Of a DNA stretch of 64,000 bases, positions 30,318-37,780 are shown in pieces. The DNA is from Chthoniobacter flavus (GTDB taxonomy: Bacteria; Verrucomicrobiota; Verrucomicrobiia; Chthoniobacterales; JACTMZ01), in assembly GCA_945871065.1 (NCBI GenBank), contig CAMBUL010000002.1, positions 15,758-79,757 of the forward strand, read 5' to 3'. How positions within the stretch are numbered: the stretch's first letter is position 1; every line of letters starts with the position of its first letter. Both the position numbers and the translations under genes were made by a program. Below the pieces are notes generated by a model. That model saw only the letters and a program-made list of their open reading frames with translations, searched no databases and was not told where the DNA came from.

Positions 30318-31595
30318 TTGGTGAGCCGCGAACGCTTGGCCGTCATCGGCGGTGGCATCGCCGGATTGGGCGCGGCGTGGTTGTTGCGGCGGCGCTACGA
30401 CGTCACGGTCTTCGAGCGCGAGGGCCACATCGGCGGTCATTCGAACACCGTCGAGGTGGACGAAGACGGGCGACGGGTGCCGATCGACACCGGGTTCATG
30501 GTCTTCAACAAGGTAACCTACCCGTATCTGCTGCGACTGTTCGAGGAGCTGCGCGTGCCGATCAAGCCGACCGAGATGAGTTTCAGCGTGCGGCACGAGG
30601 GACTCGATGTGGAATACAACGGGATGGGCTTGAACCGCGTCTTCGCCCAACGGCGGAATCTGGTGCGGCCGCGTTACCTCAAGCTCCTCGCGCAGATCAT
30701 GCGGTTTTTTCGCGTGGCCAATGCGGCCTTGCAGGACGACTCGCTCGAGTCGATGTCGCTCAACGAGTTTGTGCGCCTGCACCGGCTAGGCGACGACTTC
30801 TTGCGGCTTTACCTCGTGCCGATGAGCGCTTCGATCTGGAGTATCACCCCGGGTGGCGCGCTGGATTTTCCGGCCGCCACGCTGGTGCGGTTTTTCCACA
30901 ATCATGGATTCCTCGGGGTCAGCACGCATCATCCGTGGTTCACGGTGGACGGCGGTTCGCGCGAATACGTGAAACGCATGGTGGCGAGCCTGCCCGGCGC
31001 GCGGGCGTCCGTGCCGGTCGCCGGCATCGAGACGGAAGCTGACGGAGTCACGGTGCGGACCAAGGACGGCCAAACTCATGCCTTTGATCATGTCATCATG
31101 GCCGCCCATGCCGACGAATCGCTGGCCATGCTGGCGCGGCCGAGTCCATTTCAGGAGAAGTTGCTGCCCGCCTTCCGGTATCAGGCCAACGAGACCGTGC
31201 TGCACACCGATGCGACGGTCATGCCGCAGCGCAAGTTGGCCTGGGCAGCGTGGAATTACCGCATGGAGCCGAGTGCGGAGGGCGAGCGTCCGTCGACGCA
31301 CTACTACATGAACCGCCTGCAGGGGGTGTCGGATCGCCGGAATTATTTTGTCAGTCTGAACTACGCCGACCGCATCGACCCGGCGACCGTGCTGTGGAAG
31401 ACGGAATACACGCACCCGGTGTTCGACCGCGGCGCGCTGGCCGCGCAGCATCATTTGCCCTCGATCAATGCCGAGTCGCGCGACCAGCGCGTCTTTTTCT
31501 GCGGCAGCTATTTCCGCTACGGTTTCCACGAGGATGCCTTCGCCTCGGCCGTGCAATGCGCGCACGCGGTCTGCGGGGAGGATCCTTGGCGGTGA
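30318..31595 (+). CDS. FAD-dependent oxidoreductase (amine-oxidase-like), usual partner of DUF1365/Cfa genes
   Basis: Dinucleotide fold RLAVIGGGIAGLGAAWLL. 425 aa. Preceded by AAGGGGGGAG. Start is TTG 30318 or GTG 30321. Confidence 0.85.
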   Translation: MVSRERLAVIGGGIAGLGAAWLLRRRYDVTVFEREGHIGGHSNTVEVDEDGRRVPIDTGFMVFNKVTYPYLLRLFEELRVPIKPTEMSFSVRHEGLDVEYNGMGLNRVFAQRRNLVRPRYLKLLAQIMRFFRVANAALQDDSLESMSLNEFVRLHRLGDDFLRLYLVPMSASIWSITPGGALDFPAATLVRFFHNHGFLGVSTHHPWFTVDGGSREYVKRMVASLPGARASVPVAGIETEADGVTVRTKDGQTHAFDHVIMAAHADESLAMLARPSPFQEKLLPAFRYQANETVLHTDATVMPQRKLAWAAWNYRMEPSAEGERPSTHYYMNRLQGVSDRRNYFVSLNYADRIDPATVLWKTEYTHPVFDRGALAAQHHLPSINAESRDQRVFFCGSYFRYGFHEDAFASAVQCAHAVCGEDPWR

Positions 31596-32392
31596 ACTCT
31601 TGCTTCTACGAGTGCGACGTCTTCCACCGGCGCCTGCGGCCCAAGCAGCATGAGTTTCTTTACCGCGTGTTTTATTTCTACCTCGATCTCGCCGAGTTGG
31701 ACATCGTGGCACGGAAGCTGAAAATTTTCGGGGTCAATCGTCCAAACATTTACAGCCTGCGCGACCGGGATCATCTGCAATACGGCCCCGGCGAGCGCCC
31801 GATCGCGGACAACGTGCGCGAGTTCCTCGAGCGCGCAGGGTGTCCGCTGGAAGAGAGCGGCGCGATCCGCATGTTCTGTTTCCCGCGGATGCTTGGTTAC
31901 ACCTTCAATCCCATCACCATTTATTTCTGCTTCCGGGCCGACGGCACCCCGCATGGGTCTGTCGTGCAGGTCGGCAACACCTTCCGCGAATTGAAGCCGT
32001 ATCTGGTGCCGCGCACGCCGGATGGCCAGTGCGACTTCGAGGTGCGGGTGCCGAAAGACTACTATGTGTCGCCGTTCAGTCCGGTCGATCTCGAGTTCCA
32101 CTTCCGCTTCCACCTGCCGGACGAAAAACTGCGGGTCTTCATTGATGACTACGATGCGGAGGGCAAAGTGCTGATCAGCACGCTGACCGGCCGGCGCAAG
32201 GAAATGACCTTGGCCAACCTCCTGGGCTTCACGGCCAGGTTTCCTTTCATCACCTTGAAGGTCATCTGGCTCATCCACTGGCAGGCGCTGCGCCTCTGGC
32301 TCAAGCGGGTGCCGTTTTTCCGGAAGGAAACCCGCGTCGAAGACCAGCGCGGGGTCTTCCGACCGCACAAGTCATTGCAAAAGAAGGTCTAA
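31592..32392 (+). CDS. DUF1365-family protein
   Basis: Begins NSCFYECDVFHRRLRPKQHEFLYRVFYFYLDL. GTG 31592 overlaps the upstream stop (GTGA). The longer ORF-track start lies inside the oxidoreductase gene. Confidence 0.82.
   Translation: MNSCFYECDVFHRRLRPKQHEFLYRVFYFYLDLAELDIVARKLKIFGVNRPNIYSLRDRDHLQYGPGERPIADNVREFLERAGCPLEESGAIRMFCFPRMLGYTFNPITIYFCFRADGTPHGSVVQVGNTFRELKPYLVPRTPDGQCDFEVRVPKDYYVSPFSPVDLEFHFRFHLPDEKLRVFIDDYDAEGKVLISTLTGRRKEMTLANLLGFTARFPFITLKVIWLIHWQALRLWLKRVPFFRKETRVEDQRGVFRPHKSLQKKV
31945..32383 (+). repeat. direct repeat copy 1 (3' part of the DUF1365 gene)
   Basis: Aligns without indels to 37282-37720 (offset 5337). About 33 mismatches by eye, concentrated in the 3' third. 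Confidence 0.9.
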
Positions 32393-32445
32393 AGTGTTAG
32401 TTGGATAAATTTGCATCTCGATGCAGATATTGTATGCTGTGATGC

Positions 32446-32685
32446 ATGAGGACCACTTTGAGCATCCACGACACGCTTTTGCACAAGGCCAAGGAGGTTT
32501 CCGCTCAGCGGAATGTTTCCGTGGGCGAATTGGTGGAGGAGGGATTGCGCGTGACCCTGGCAGCTCGGCCCAAGGCGGGGCGGGCCGCGGTTCGTCCGCT
32601 GAAGACTTTCCGCGGTGAAGGCGTCCAACCCGGGGTCGATCTGACGAATTCGGCGTCGCTGTTGGAAGCCATGGAGGGGCGGTGA
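32446..32685 (+). CDS. vapB: type II antitoxin (VapB-like, ribbon-helix-helix/DUF2191-like)
   Basis: 79 aa, MRTTLSIHDTLLHKAKEVSAQRNVSVGELVEEGLR. Stop overlaps the toxin start (GTGA). Confidence 0.8.
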   Translation: MRTTLSIHDTLLHKAKEVSAQRNVSVGELVEEGLRVTLAARPKAGRAAVRPLKTFRGEGVQPGVDLTNSASLLEAMEGR

Positions 32686-33110
32686 ATTTCGTCGATGTCA
32701 ATGTGCTCGTCGCGGCTCATCGCGAGGACACGGACAAGCACGCGGAGATCCGCGCGTGGCTCGAGGCGGAAATGGCGTCGCCGGCCGGGGTTGGGGTATC
32801 GGAGTTGGTCTTGAGTGGGTGTTTGCGCGTCATCACGCACGCCAAAATCTTCCGCCAACCCACACCTTTGTCCGCGGCGCTGGATTTTGTGGAAGACTTG
32901 CGCTCGCGCCCCGAAGTGCATGTTTTTGCACCGGGTGCCGATCACTGGAAAATTTTCGTCGATCTTTGTCGGCGATCCGACGCGCGCGGCAACTTGGTGC
33001 CCGACGCCTACCATGCGGCTCTGGCTCTTGAGTGGGGTTGTGATTGGATCACGCTCGATCGAGGGTTCGGTCGCTTCCCCGGGTTGCGCTGGCGGCATCC
33101 GTTGGATTGA
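32682..33110 (+). CDS. vapC: PIN-domain toxin VapC
   Basis: 142 aa with N-terminal FVDVNVL (acidic PIN residue) and DAYHAALALEWGCDWITLDRGF. Coupled to the upstream antitoxin. Confidence 0.85.
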   Translation: MNFVDVNVLVAAHREDTDKHAEIRAWLEAEMASPAGVGVSELVLSGCLRVITHAKIFRQPTPLSAALDFVEDLRSRPEVHVFAPGADHWKIFVDLCRRSDARGNLVPDAYHAALALEWGCDWITLDRGFGRFPGLRWRHPLD

Positions 33111-33587
33111 TCGCGGAGGTCTGCGCGTTTGAGCGCCGTGCCGTAGCCTCACCGATCCAACGGGCTGCGCACGGCCAAGCCGGGGCGGTTGAGCACGTGG
33201 AGAGCACCTGAGCCTAGGGAGGGCTCGGGGCAGGTCCCGAGCCTGCGGGACCCCATTTAACTGTAGGGTCGGCAACCTGTCCGCCGTGTGCGGATCCCCG
33301 CCGACGAATCCATGGACTCGCGGCACACCGTGCCGCGGCGAGAGATAAAATTAAAACGCTTTAAATCATGGTCGTGCTGACGTCGGAGTGTCCGAGCGAT
33401 TTCTAGTCGGGCGGCCGGGGCATATTTGTCGAGATGCACATTTGCCTGGCGCGAGAGGGAGATTCATCTCCGCTTTTTCGGTTCGAAAAAAGCCCCCGTG
33501 GCCATTTCACCGCGCTTTTTGGCCGTTTCGTCGCATTTTTGATAATTTTTATTGCGGTGTGCCGGGGGCAACCTAATTTGCGCCCGC

Positions 33588-33977
33588 ATGAAATCACTAG
33601 CCCACTCTTCCATGGTGGCGGCGCTCTTCGCCGCGGTCACCCTCACCATCCAACCCTCCGCGCAGGCTGATACCTTCGGCACAAGCGGCAACGAGTTCAC
33701 GGTTGATTTCGTTAACATCGGCAACGCGGGCAATGCGGCTGATACCACCACCTATGGCGCGGTGCCCTACGAATACCGCGCGAGCATTTACGAGATCTCC
33801 CAGGACGCCATCACCAAGGCCACGGCGAGCGGGATGGCCAACGTGACGGCTGGGCCATGGGCGGGAAGCCAGCCTGCGGCGACTATCAACTGGTACGAGG
33901 CGGCGGCCTTCGTCAATTTCCTCAACACGAACTCGGGGAAGACGGCAGCTTACAATCTGACCTTCACCACCAACTAG
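33588..33977 (+). CDS. N-terminal fragment of the FGE/SUMF1-like (C-type-lectin fold) DGR target protein, ending at in-frame TAG
   Basis: Signal peptide MKSLAHSSMVAALFAAVTLTIQPSAQA. The TAG at 33975-33977 is in the same frame as the next ORF, two codons before its ATG. Confidence 0.7.
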   Translation: MKSLAHSSMVAALFAAVTLTIQPSAQADTFGTSGNEFTVDFVNIGNAGNAADTTTYGAVPYEYRASIYEISQDAITKATASGMANVTAGPWAGSQPAATINWYEAAAFVNFLNTNSGKTAAYNLTFTTN

Positions 33978-33980
33978 AGC

Positions 33981-34529
33981 ATGGCTCTGTGGAGCAGCGA
34001 GCAGGCTTGGACGGCGGGAGGAACCAATCTTTACCGGAACAAGAACGCCTTCTATTTCCTGCCCAGCGAGAACGAATGGTACAAGGCGGCGTATTACAAC
34101 CCTGCCGGGTCGGATTATTTCCTCTATCCGACGGCGAGCAGCAGCGTCCCGACGGCGGTGGCCAGCGGGACCGATGCGGGCAGTGCGGTTTACAATGGCG
34201 TTGCCTCGATTCCGGCCATAGTGGACAGCGCTGGAGGCTTAAGCCCGTATGGAACGATGGGCCAAGGCGGCAATGTGTTTGAGTGGACTGAGAGTGCCTT
34301 TGCTGGCTCAAACAGCTCTTCGTCCGAGTCTCGCGCGATCCGCGGTGGCTCCTGGAGCGACCCCGAGTTCGCCTTGAGCTCCTCGTTCCGGCTCGACGAC
34401 GTCCCGTCGTTCGAGGACGTCAACTTCGGTTTTCGTGTCGCGAGTATCCCTGAACCCTCGACAGCAGTGTTGGTGTTGATGGCAGGAGGCGCTTGGCTGC
34501 TCAGGAAACGCTTCCGCCGTTCCCTTTGA
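33981..34529 (+). CDS. C-terminal fragment of the FGE/SUMF1-like DGR target protein, carrying the VR and a PEP-CTERM anchor
   Basis: NVFEWTES...RAIRGGSW...GFRVAS is typical of FGE-sulfatase/CLec DGR variable proteins. C-terminus IPEPSTAVLVLMAGGAWLLRKRFRR is a PEP-CTERM sorting signal. Confidence 0.8.
   Translation: MALWSSEQAWTAGGTNLYRNKNAFYFLPSENEWYKAAYYNPAGSDYFLYPTASSSVPTAVASGTDAGSAVYNGVASIPAIVDSAGGLSPYGTMGQGGNVFEWTESAFAGSNSSSSESRAIRGGSWSDPEFALSSSFRLDDVPSFEDVNFGFRVASIPEPSTAVLVLMAGGAWLLRKRFRRSL
34317..34444 (+). repeat. DGR variable repeat (VR)
   Basis: 128 bp that aligns without gaps to 34807-34934. It differs almost only where the partner has A. Confidence 0.85.
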
Positions 34530-34561
34530 TCTTTGGCCCTTTGCCCTTTTCCTCTTTGATC

Positions 34562-34584
34562 CGGGGCGGCGTGCCGCCGCCCCG
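34562..34584 (+). other. GC-rich hairpin downstream of the VR/target gene
   Basis: cggggcggcg-tgc-cgccgccccg: 10-bp stem, 3-nt loop, 33 nt after the stop codon. Confidence 0.7.
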
Positions 34585-34594
34585 ACCACAGGAA

Positions 34595-34619
34595 GCCGCG
34601 AAGCGGTCTAATTTTTTTT
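34595..34619 (+). terminator. putative intrinsic terminator of the target gene
   Basis: Short stem gccgc-gaa-gcggt followed by a T8 run (34612-34619). Confidence 0.5.
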
Positions 34620-34630
34620 GAGCATTTGCC

Positions 34631-34942
34631 GTGTCCCGCGAGGAACTACCGAAAGCGCTGGCGACATGGTATGACTACACGAAGTGGGTGTTGGATCGTG
34701 TGGATGGATTTCCCAAGAATCAGCGTTTCGTCTTGGGCACGCGCAAAGTTGGCGCTTGCGCACGGCCGTGCTGTGGCGATAACCCATCTATCGGGCACCC
34801 GGTCCGAAAACGTCCGAGAATCGCGCGATCCGCGGTGGCAACTGGAACAACACCGAGAACAACTTGCGCTCCTCGAACCGGAACAACAACGACCCGACGA
34901 ACGAGAACAACCACATCGGTTTTCGTGTCGCGAGGCCCATGA
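34631..34942 (+). pseudogene. avd: truncated avd (DGR accessory variability determinant) stub; the frame runs on through the TR
   Basis: First ~45 codons (LPKALATWYDYTKWVLDRVDGFPKNQRFVLGTR) fit the Avd/four-helix-bundle N-terminal pattern. Similarity is then lost, and the stub is about 70 codons short of a full Avd before the TR begins. Confidence 0.6.
34807..34934 (+). repeat. DGR template repeat (TR)
   Basis: In the VR frame it reads KTSENRAIRGGNWNNTENNLRSSNRNNNDPTNENNHIGFRVAR, with 12 AAC codons. Non-coding location downstream of the avd stub. Confidence 0.85.
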
Positions 34943-35289
34943 GCGCGCCGCTGGTCCCAGCCAAGCGGCGTGATGCGGCAAAAGTTGCCGGCCAGAACTA
35001 CCGCCTTCCTCCGGAGGCCGCAGCCGTGCCGGGTTCAGGGACCACCGGGGAGTCCAGGGCGCGGGGAGGGCCGAGAGGCCGCGCCCCGCGGACGAAGCAG
35101 ACGCGCCCCGCTGCGGCCGGTAGGAAACGAAAACCGTGGCGGGGCATTTGCTCGTTTGGCAAGATATCGTGAAACTGCTCAATCATGCCATGGAGTGAAC
35201 GCGCCACCGCGCGTCACTCAGGGCGGACGTTCGGCGAATGGCCATTGAATTGAGGCCGATTCGATGGTCTGCAAATACCCACGAGCACG

Positions 35290-35500
35290 TTGACCCCTTC
35301 TGGCGTCCTCAGTTTGAGTGTCGCGGAGCGAATCCAGCTTGTTGAAGATATCTGGGATACCATCGTAGGTGCCAGACGAGGTGGGTTTGACGGATTTGCA
35401 GAAGGCGGAGATCGATCGTCGATTGGATGCTTATCATCGTAGCCCCGAGGAAGGTTCTCCGTGGGATATGGTCAGGGAGCGGATCCTCAGTAGACAATGA
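35290..35500 (+). pseudogene. frameshifted antitoxin (putative addiction-module component family)
   Basis: Frame 1 reads LSVAERIQLVEDIWDTIV, then runs to a TAG. The expected continuation PDEVGLTDLQKAEIDRRLDAYHRSPEEGSPWDMVRERILSRQ is in another frame. Its stop overlaps the toxin ATG. Confidence 0.6.
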
Positions 35501-35793
35501 TCCGTCGGCTCGTCATCCGCCCGGAAGCCGAGGCGGAGATGACCGAAGCTTTCGACTGGTATGAAGAGCGACTTCCCGGGTTGGGAGCTTCCTTTTTGCT
35601 TTGTGTTGATGCGGTTTTCCGCGGCATCGTCCGTGACTCGGAGCGTTGGCCTCGTATCCATCGCGAAGCGTGACGTGCTCTGACGCGCCGGTTTCCCTAC
35701 GAGGTCTTCTTCGTGGAGGACGAGGAACGTGTTGTCGTTCTGTCCGTATTCCACGCCAAACGGAATCCGAAGAGCTGGCGGGAGAGAGTTTGA
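35497..35793 (+). pseudogene. ParE/RelE-family toxin interrupted by an in-frame TGA
   Basis: MIRRLVIRPEAEAEMTEAFDWYEERLPGLGASF...IHREA, then TGA (35671-35673), then RALTRRFPYEVFFVEDEERVVVLSVFHAKRNP, all in one frame. Confidence 0.65.
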
Positions 35794-35895
35794 AAGGCGG
35801 ACAAAAACATGAGCCGAAAACCGCTAACCAGTCGGACCAGCCAACCTCGCTGTGCTCGCCGGCTGTCCTCGAGCGTTCGCGTAAAAATACGCGCC

Positions 35896-35924
35896 TTGAC
35901 ATGGATGCCGTATAGGCATACAAA
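35896..35924 (+). promoter_or_regulatory. candidate sigma70-type promoter of brnTA with embedded inverted repeat
   Basis: TTGACA (35896-35901), 17-nt spacer, TACAAA (35919-35924). The spacer contains atgcc-gtata-ggcat. ATG lies at 35931. Confidence 0.35.
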
Positions 35925-35930
35925 TCAAAG

Positions 35931-36206
35931 ATGATCTTCGACTGGGATCCAGAGAAGAATGAAAAAATCAAGAGAGAGCGAGGGATCTCTTTTGAGGAAA
36001 TCGCTCTACTGCTTGGTGCCGGGAGTGTCTGGGCAGTCACAAAACACTGGAATACGGAAAAATATCCCAACCAAAGGATTTTTCTCATTCCCATCGATGG
36101 CCGCATTATGGCGGTTCCATTTGTCCAAGATAAGGACCGGTTTTTTCTGAAGACTGCTTTCCCCTCAAAAAAGATGACAAAACTCTACAACGAGGAGCAA
36201 AAATGA
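35931..36206 (+). CDS. brnT: BrnT-family (DUF497-like) toxin
   Basis: 91 aa, IFDWDPEKNEKIKRERGISFEEIA. Toxin-first order and an ATGA overlap with the next gene. Confidence 0.75.
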   Translation: MIFDWDPEKNEKIKRERGISFEEIALLLGAGSVWAVTKHWNTEKYPNQRIFLIPIDGRIMAVPFVQDKDRFFLKTAFPSKKMTKLYNEEQK

Positions 36207-36478
36207 AACAAACCACTGAAGCAGAAGAAAAGGAAATCGCAGACGCCCTTGAGCGCGGAGATATCGAGCTGGAGAAACCATCCCGCAAACTCCTCTCCGA
36301 TTTGAAGCGGGCATCGGAAAATACGTTCAAGAAGGACAGAAGGATCAACGTGCGCCTGAGCAGTCATGATTTGCTTGGCATCCAGAGAAAGGCCCTCAAA
36401 AAAGGTCTTCCCTACCAAGCACTGATTTCCGGTTTGATCCACCAATATGTTGAGGGAGAACTCTTGGAAAAAACATAA
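36203..36478 (+). CDS. brnA: BrnA-family antitoxin
   Basis: 91 aa. C-terminal INVRLSSHDLLGIQRKALKKGLPYQALISGLIHQYV matches the BrnA/CopG-like pattern. Confidence 0.75.
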   Translation: MKQTTEAEEKEIADALERGDIELEKPSRKLLSDLKRASENTFKKDRRINVRLSSHDLLGIQRKALKKGLPYQALISGLIHQYVEGELLEKT

Positions 36479-36642
36479 TGCGAACAGACCGATGGACCTA
36501 ACTGCCACGCCTGAAGTGGCACTTTTGGCGCGTCGCCTGCGTAGCAGGCTTTGGTCACAAAACCGAGTAACAGCAGGTCATCGGAGACGTTCGGTCACAA
36601 AAATTACTTGCTCTGCACACCCTTCATGTGTAGGATTCATGT

Positions 36643-36849
36643 GTGGCAACGAATTTACAGATAGACCAATCACTGCTTGAGCAAGCGAAATCGTTGGCAG
36701 GCTTTCCCACGAAGCGTGAAACCGTGAACGAAGCCCTTAAAGAGTTCATTCAGAGTCGCCTCCGCCGACAACTTTTGCAACTTCGAGGGCAAATCGAGTA
36801 TTTCGAGGACTACGATTACAAGGCTCTGCGCCGAGTGAAGAATCTATGA
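36643..36849 (+). CDS. vapB: VapB-family antitoxin (paralog of 37823-38023)
   Basis: 68 aa, MATNLQIDQSLLEQAKSLAGFPTKRETVNEALKEFI. GTG start. Overlaps the vapC start. Confidence 0.8.
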   Translation: MATNLQIDQSLLEQAKSLAGFPTKRETVNEALKEFIQSRLRRQLLQLRGQIEYFEDYDYKALRRVKNL

Positions 36850-37244
36850 TTGCTTGTGACACTTCAGCGTTATCTCAGTTCCTCAGACGTTCCCCGGACA
36901 CTCAAAATGATGTTGCACTTAAGGTAGAGAAATTGATCGACTCAAATGAATTGGCACTCTTTGGAATCGTTCGCCAAGAGCTTCTTTCTGGGGTCAAGTT
37001 ACCCGCTCACTTTGAGCGTATCGATCTGACCACTCAGGCACTTCCTCTGTTTTTTGCGGACGACGAAGATCATACGACAGCAGCAAGATTTTTTAACACT
37101 TGTCGCGCGAAAGGTATTCAAGGTTCCCCCATTGACTTTCTGATCTGTGCGATGGCTGTTAAGCGAAAGTTTCGTATTTATACGACCGATCCAGATTTCG
37201 AGTTGTATGAACCTATCATACCCATCGAGCTCTATCGCCCGTAA
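36846..37244 (+). CDS. vapC: PIN-domain toxin VapC (paralog of 38020-38472)
   Basis: 132 aa with IACDTSAL, CRAKGIQGSPIDFLICAMAV, IYTTDPDF. Confidence 0.85.
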   Translation: MIACDTSALSQFLRRSPDTQNDVALKVEKLIDSNELALFGIVRQELLSGVKLPAHFERIDLTTQALPLFFADDEDHTTAARFFNTCRAKGIQGSPIDFLICAMAVKRKFRIYTTDPDFELYEPIIPIELYRP

Positions 37245-37267
37245 GACCGAACAAAGCGCTGCACCGA

Positions 37268-37723
37268 ATGGCTACCCGCGCCACCCCGCAGGCGTCGGTC
37301 GTGCAGGTGGGCAACACCTTCCGCGAATTGAAGCCGTATCTGGTGCCGCGCACGCCGGATGGCCAGTGCGACTTCGAGGTGCGGGTGCCGAAGGACTACT
37401 ATGTGTCGCCGTTCAGTCCGGTGGATCTCGACTTCCACTTCCGCTTCCACCTGCCAGACGAAAAACTGCGGGTCTTCATTGATGACTACGATGCGGAGGG
37501 CAATGTGCTGATCAGCACGTTGACCGGCCGGCGCAAGGAAATGACCTTCGCCAACCTCCTCGGTTTCACGGTCAGGTTTCCCTTCATCACGCTCAAGGTC
37601 ATCGGCCTCATCCACTGGCAGGCCTTCCGCCTCTGGCTCAAACGCGTGCCGTTTTTCCGAAAAGAGGCACGCGCCGAAGACCAGCGCGGTGTGTTCCGTC
37701 CGCACAAGTCTTTGCAGAAGTAG
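37268..37723 (+). pseudogene. 3' fragment of a second DUF1365 gene copy (direct repeat copy 2 at 37282-37720)
   Basis: Translation VVQVGNTFRELKPYLVPRTPDGQCDFEVRVPKDYYVSPFSPVDL... parallels residues of the intact gene at 31592-32392. It lacks the N-terminal ~115 codons. Confidence 0.8.
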
Positions 37724-37780
37724 CTTTTCCAAGCTTGGTTGCCCGCAGAGAGGACGCGGTCGGTCTTCCGAATCCATTGA

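Larger units (their letters stand above)
32384..37281. other. accessory island between the two DUF1365 3'-end repeats
   Basis: Bounded by the 439-bp direct repeat. Holds vapBC, a DGR relic, a dead ParE-type pair, brnTA and a second vapBC. Part of it is visibly AT-richer than the flanks. Confidence 0.75.

Noticed and set aside
30257-31042. 261-aa plus-strand ORF starting inside the palindrome
   Set aside because: It begins in the REP-like hairpin and runs out of frame through the FAD oxidoreductase gene. Its composition is Arg/Gly/Ala-rich noise.
33375-33430. Possible tRNA fragment (ggagtgtccgagcg resembles a Ser/Tyr/Leu tRNA D-arm) that could mark an att site
   Set aside because: I could not fold a cloverleaf or find an anticodon stem, a T-arm (GGTTCGAAT-like) or an acceptor complement. 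It is probably a chance similarity.
33975-33977. Programmed amber read-through or recoding in the DGR target
   Set aside because: No supporting context is visible, so a pseudogene or a sequencing error is the simpler reading. It is retained only as a caveat in the finding.
34935-35290. Remnant of a DGR reverse transcriptase after the TR
   Set aside because: None of the three forward frames shows RT motifs (no YxDD, and no N-terminal RT-like segment). The space is also far too short for an RT.
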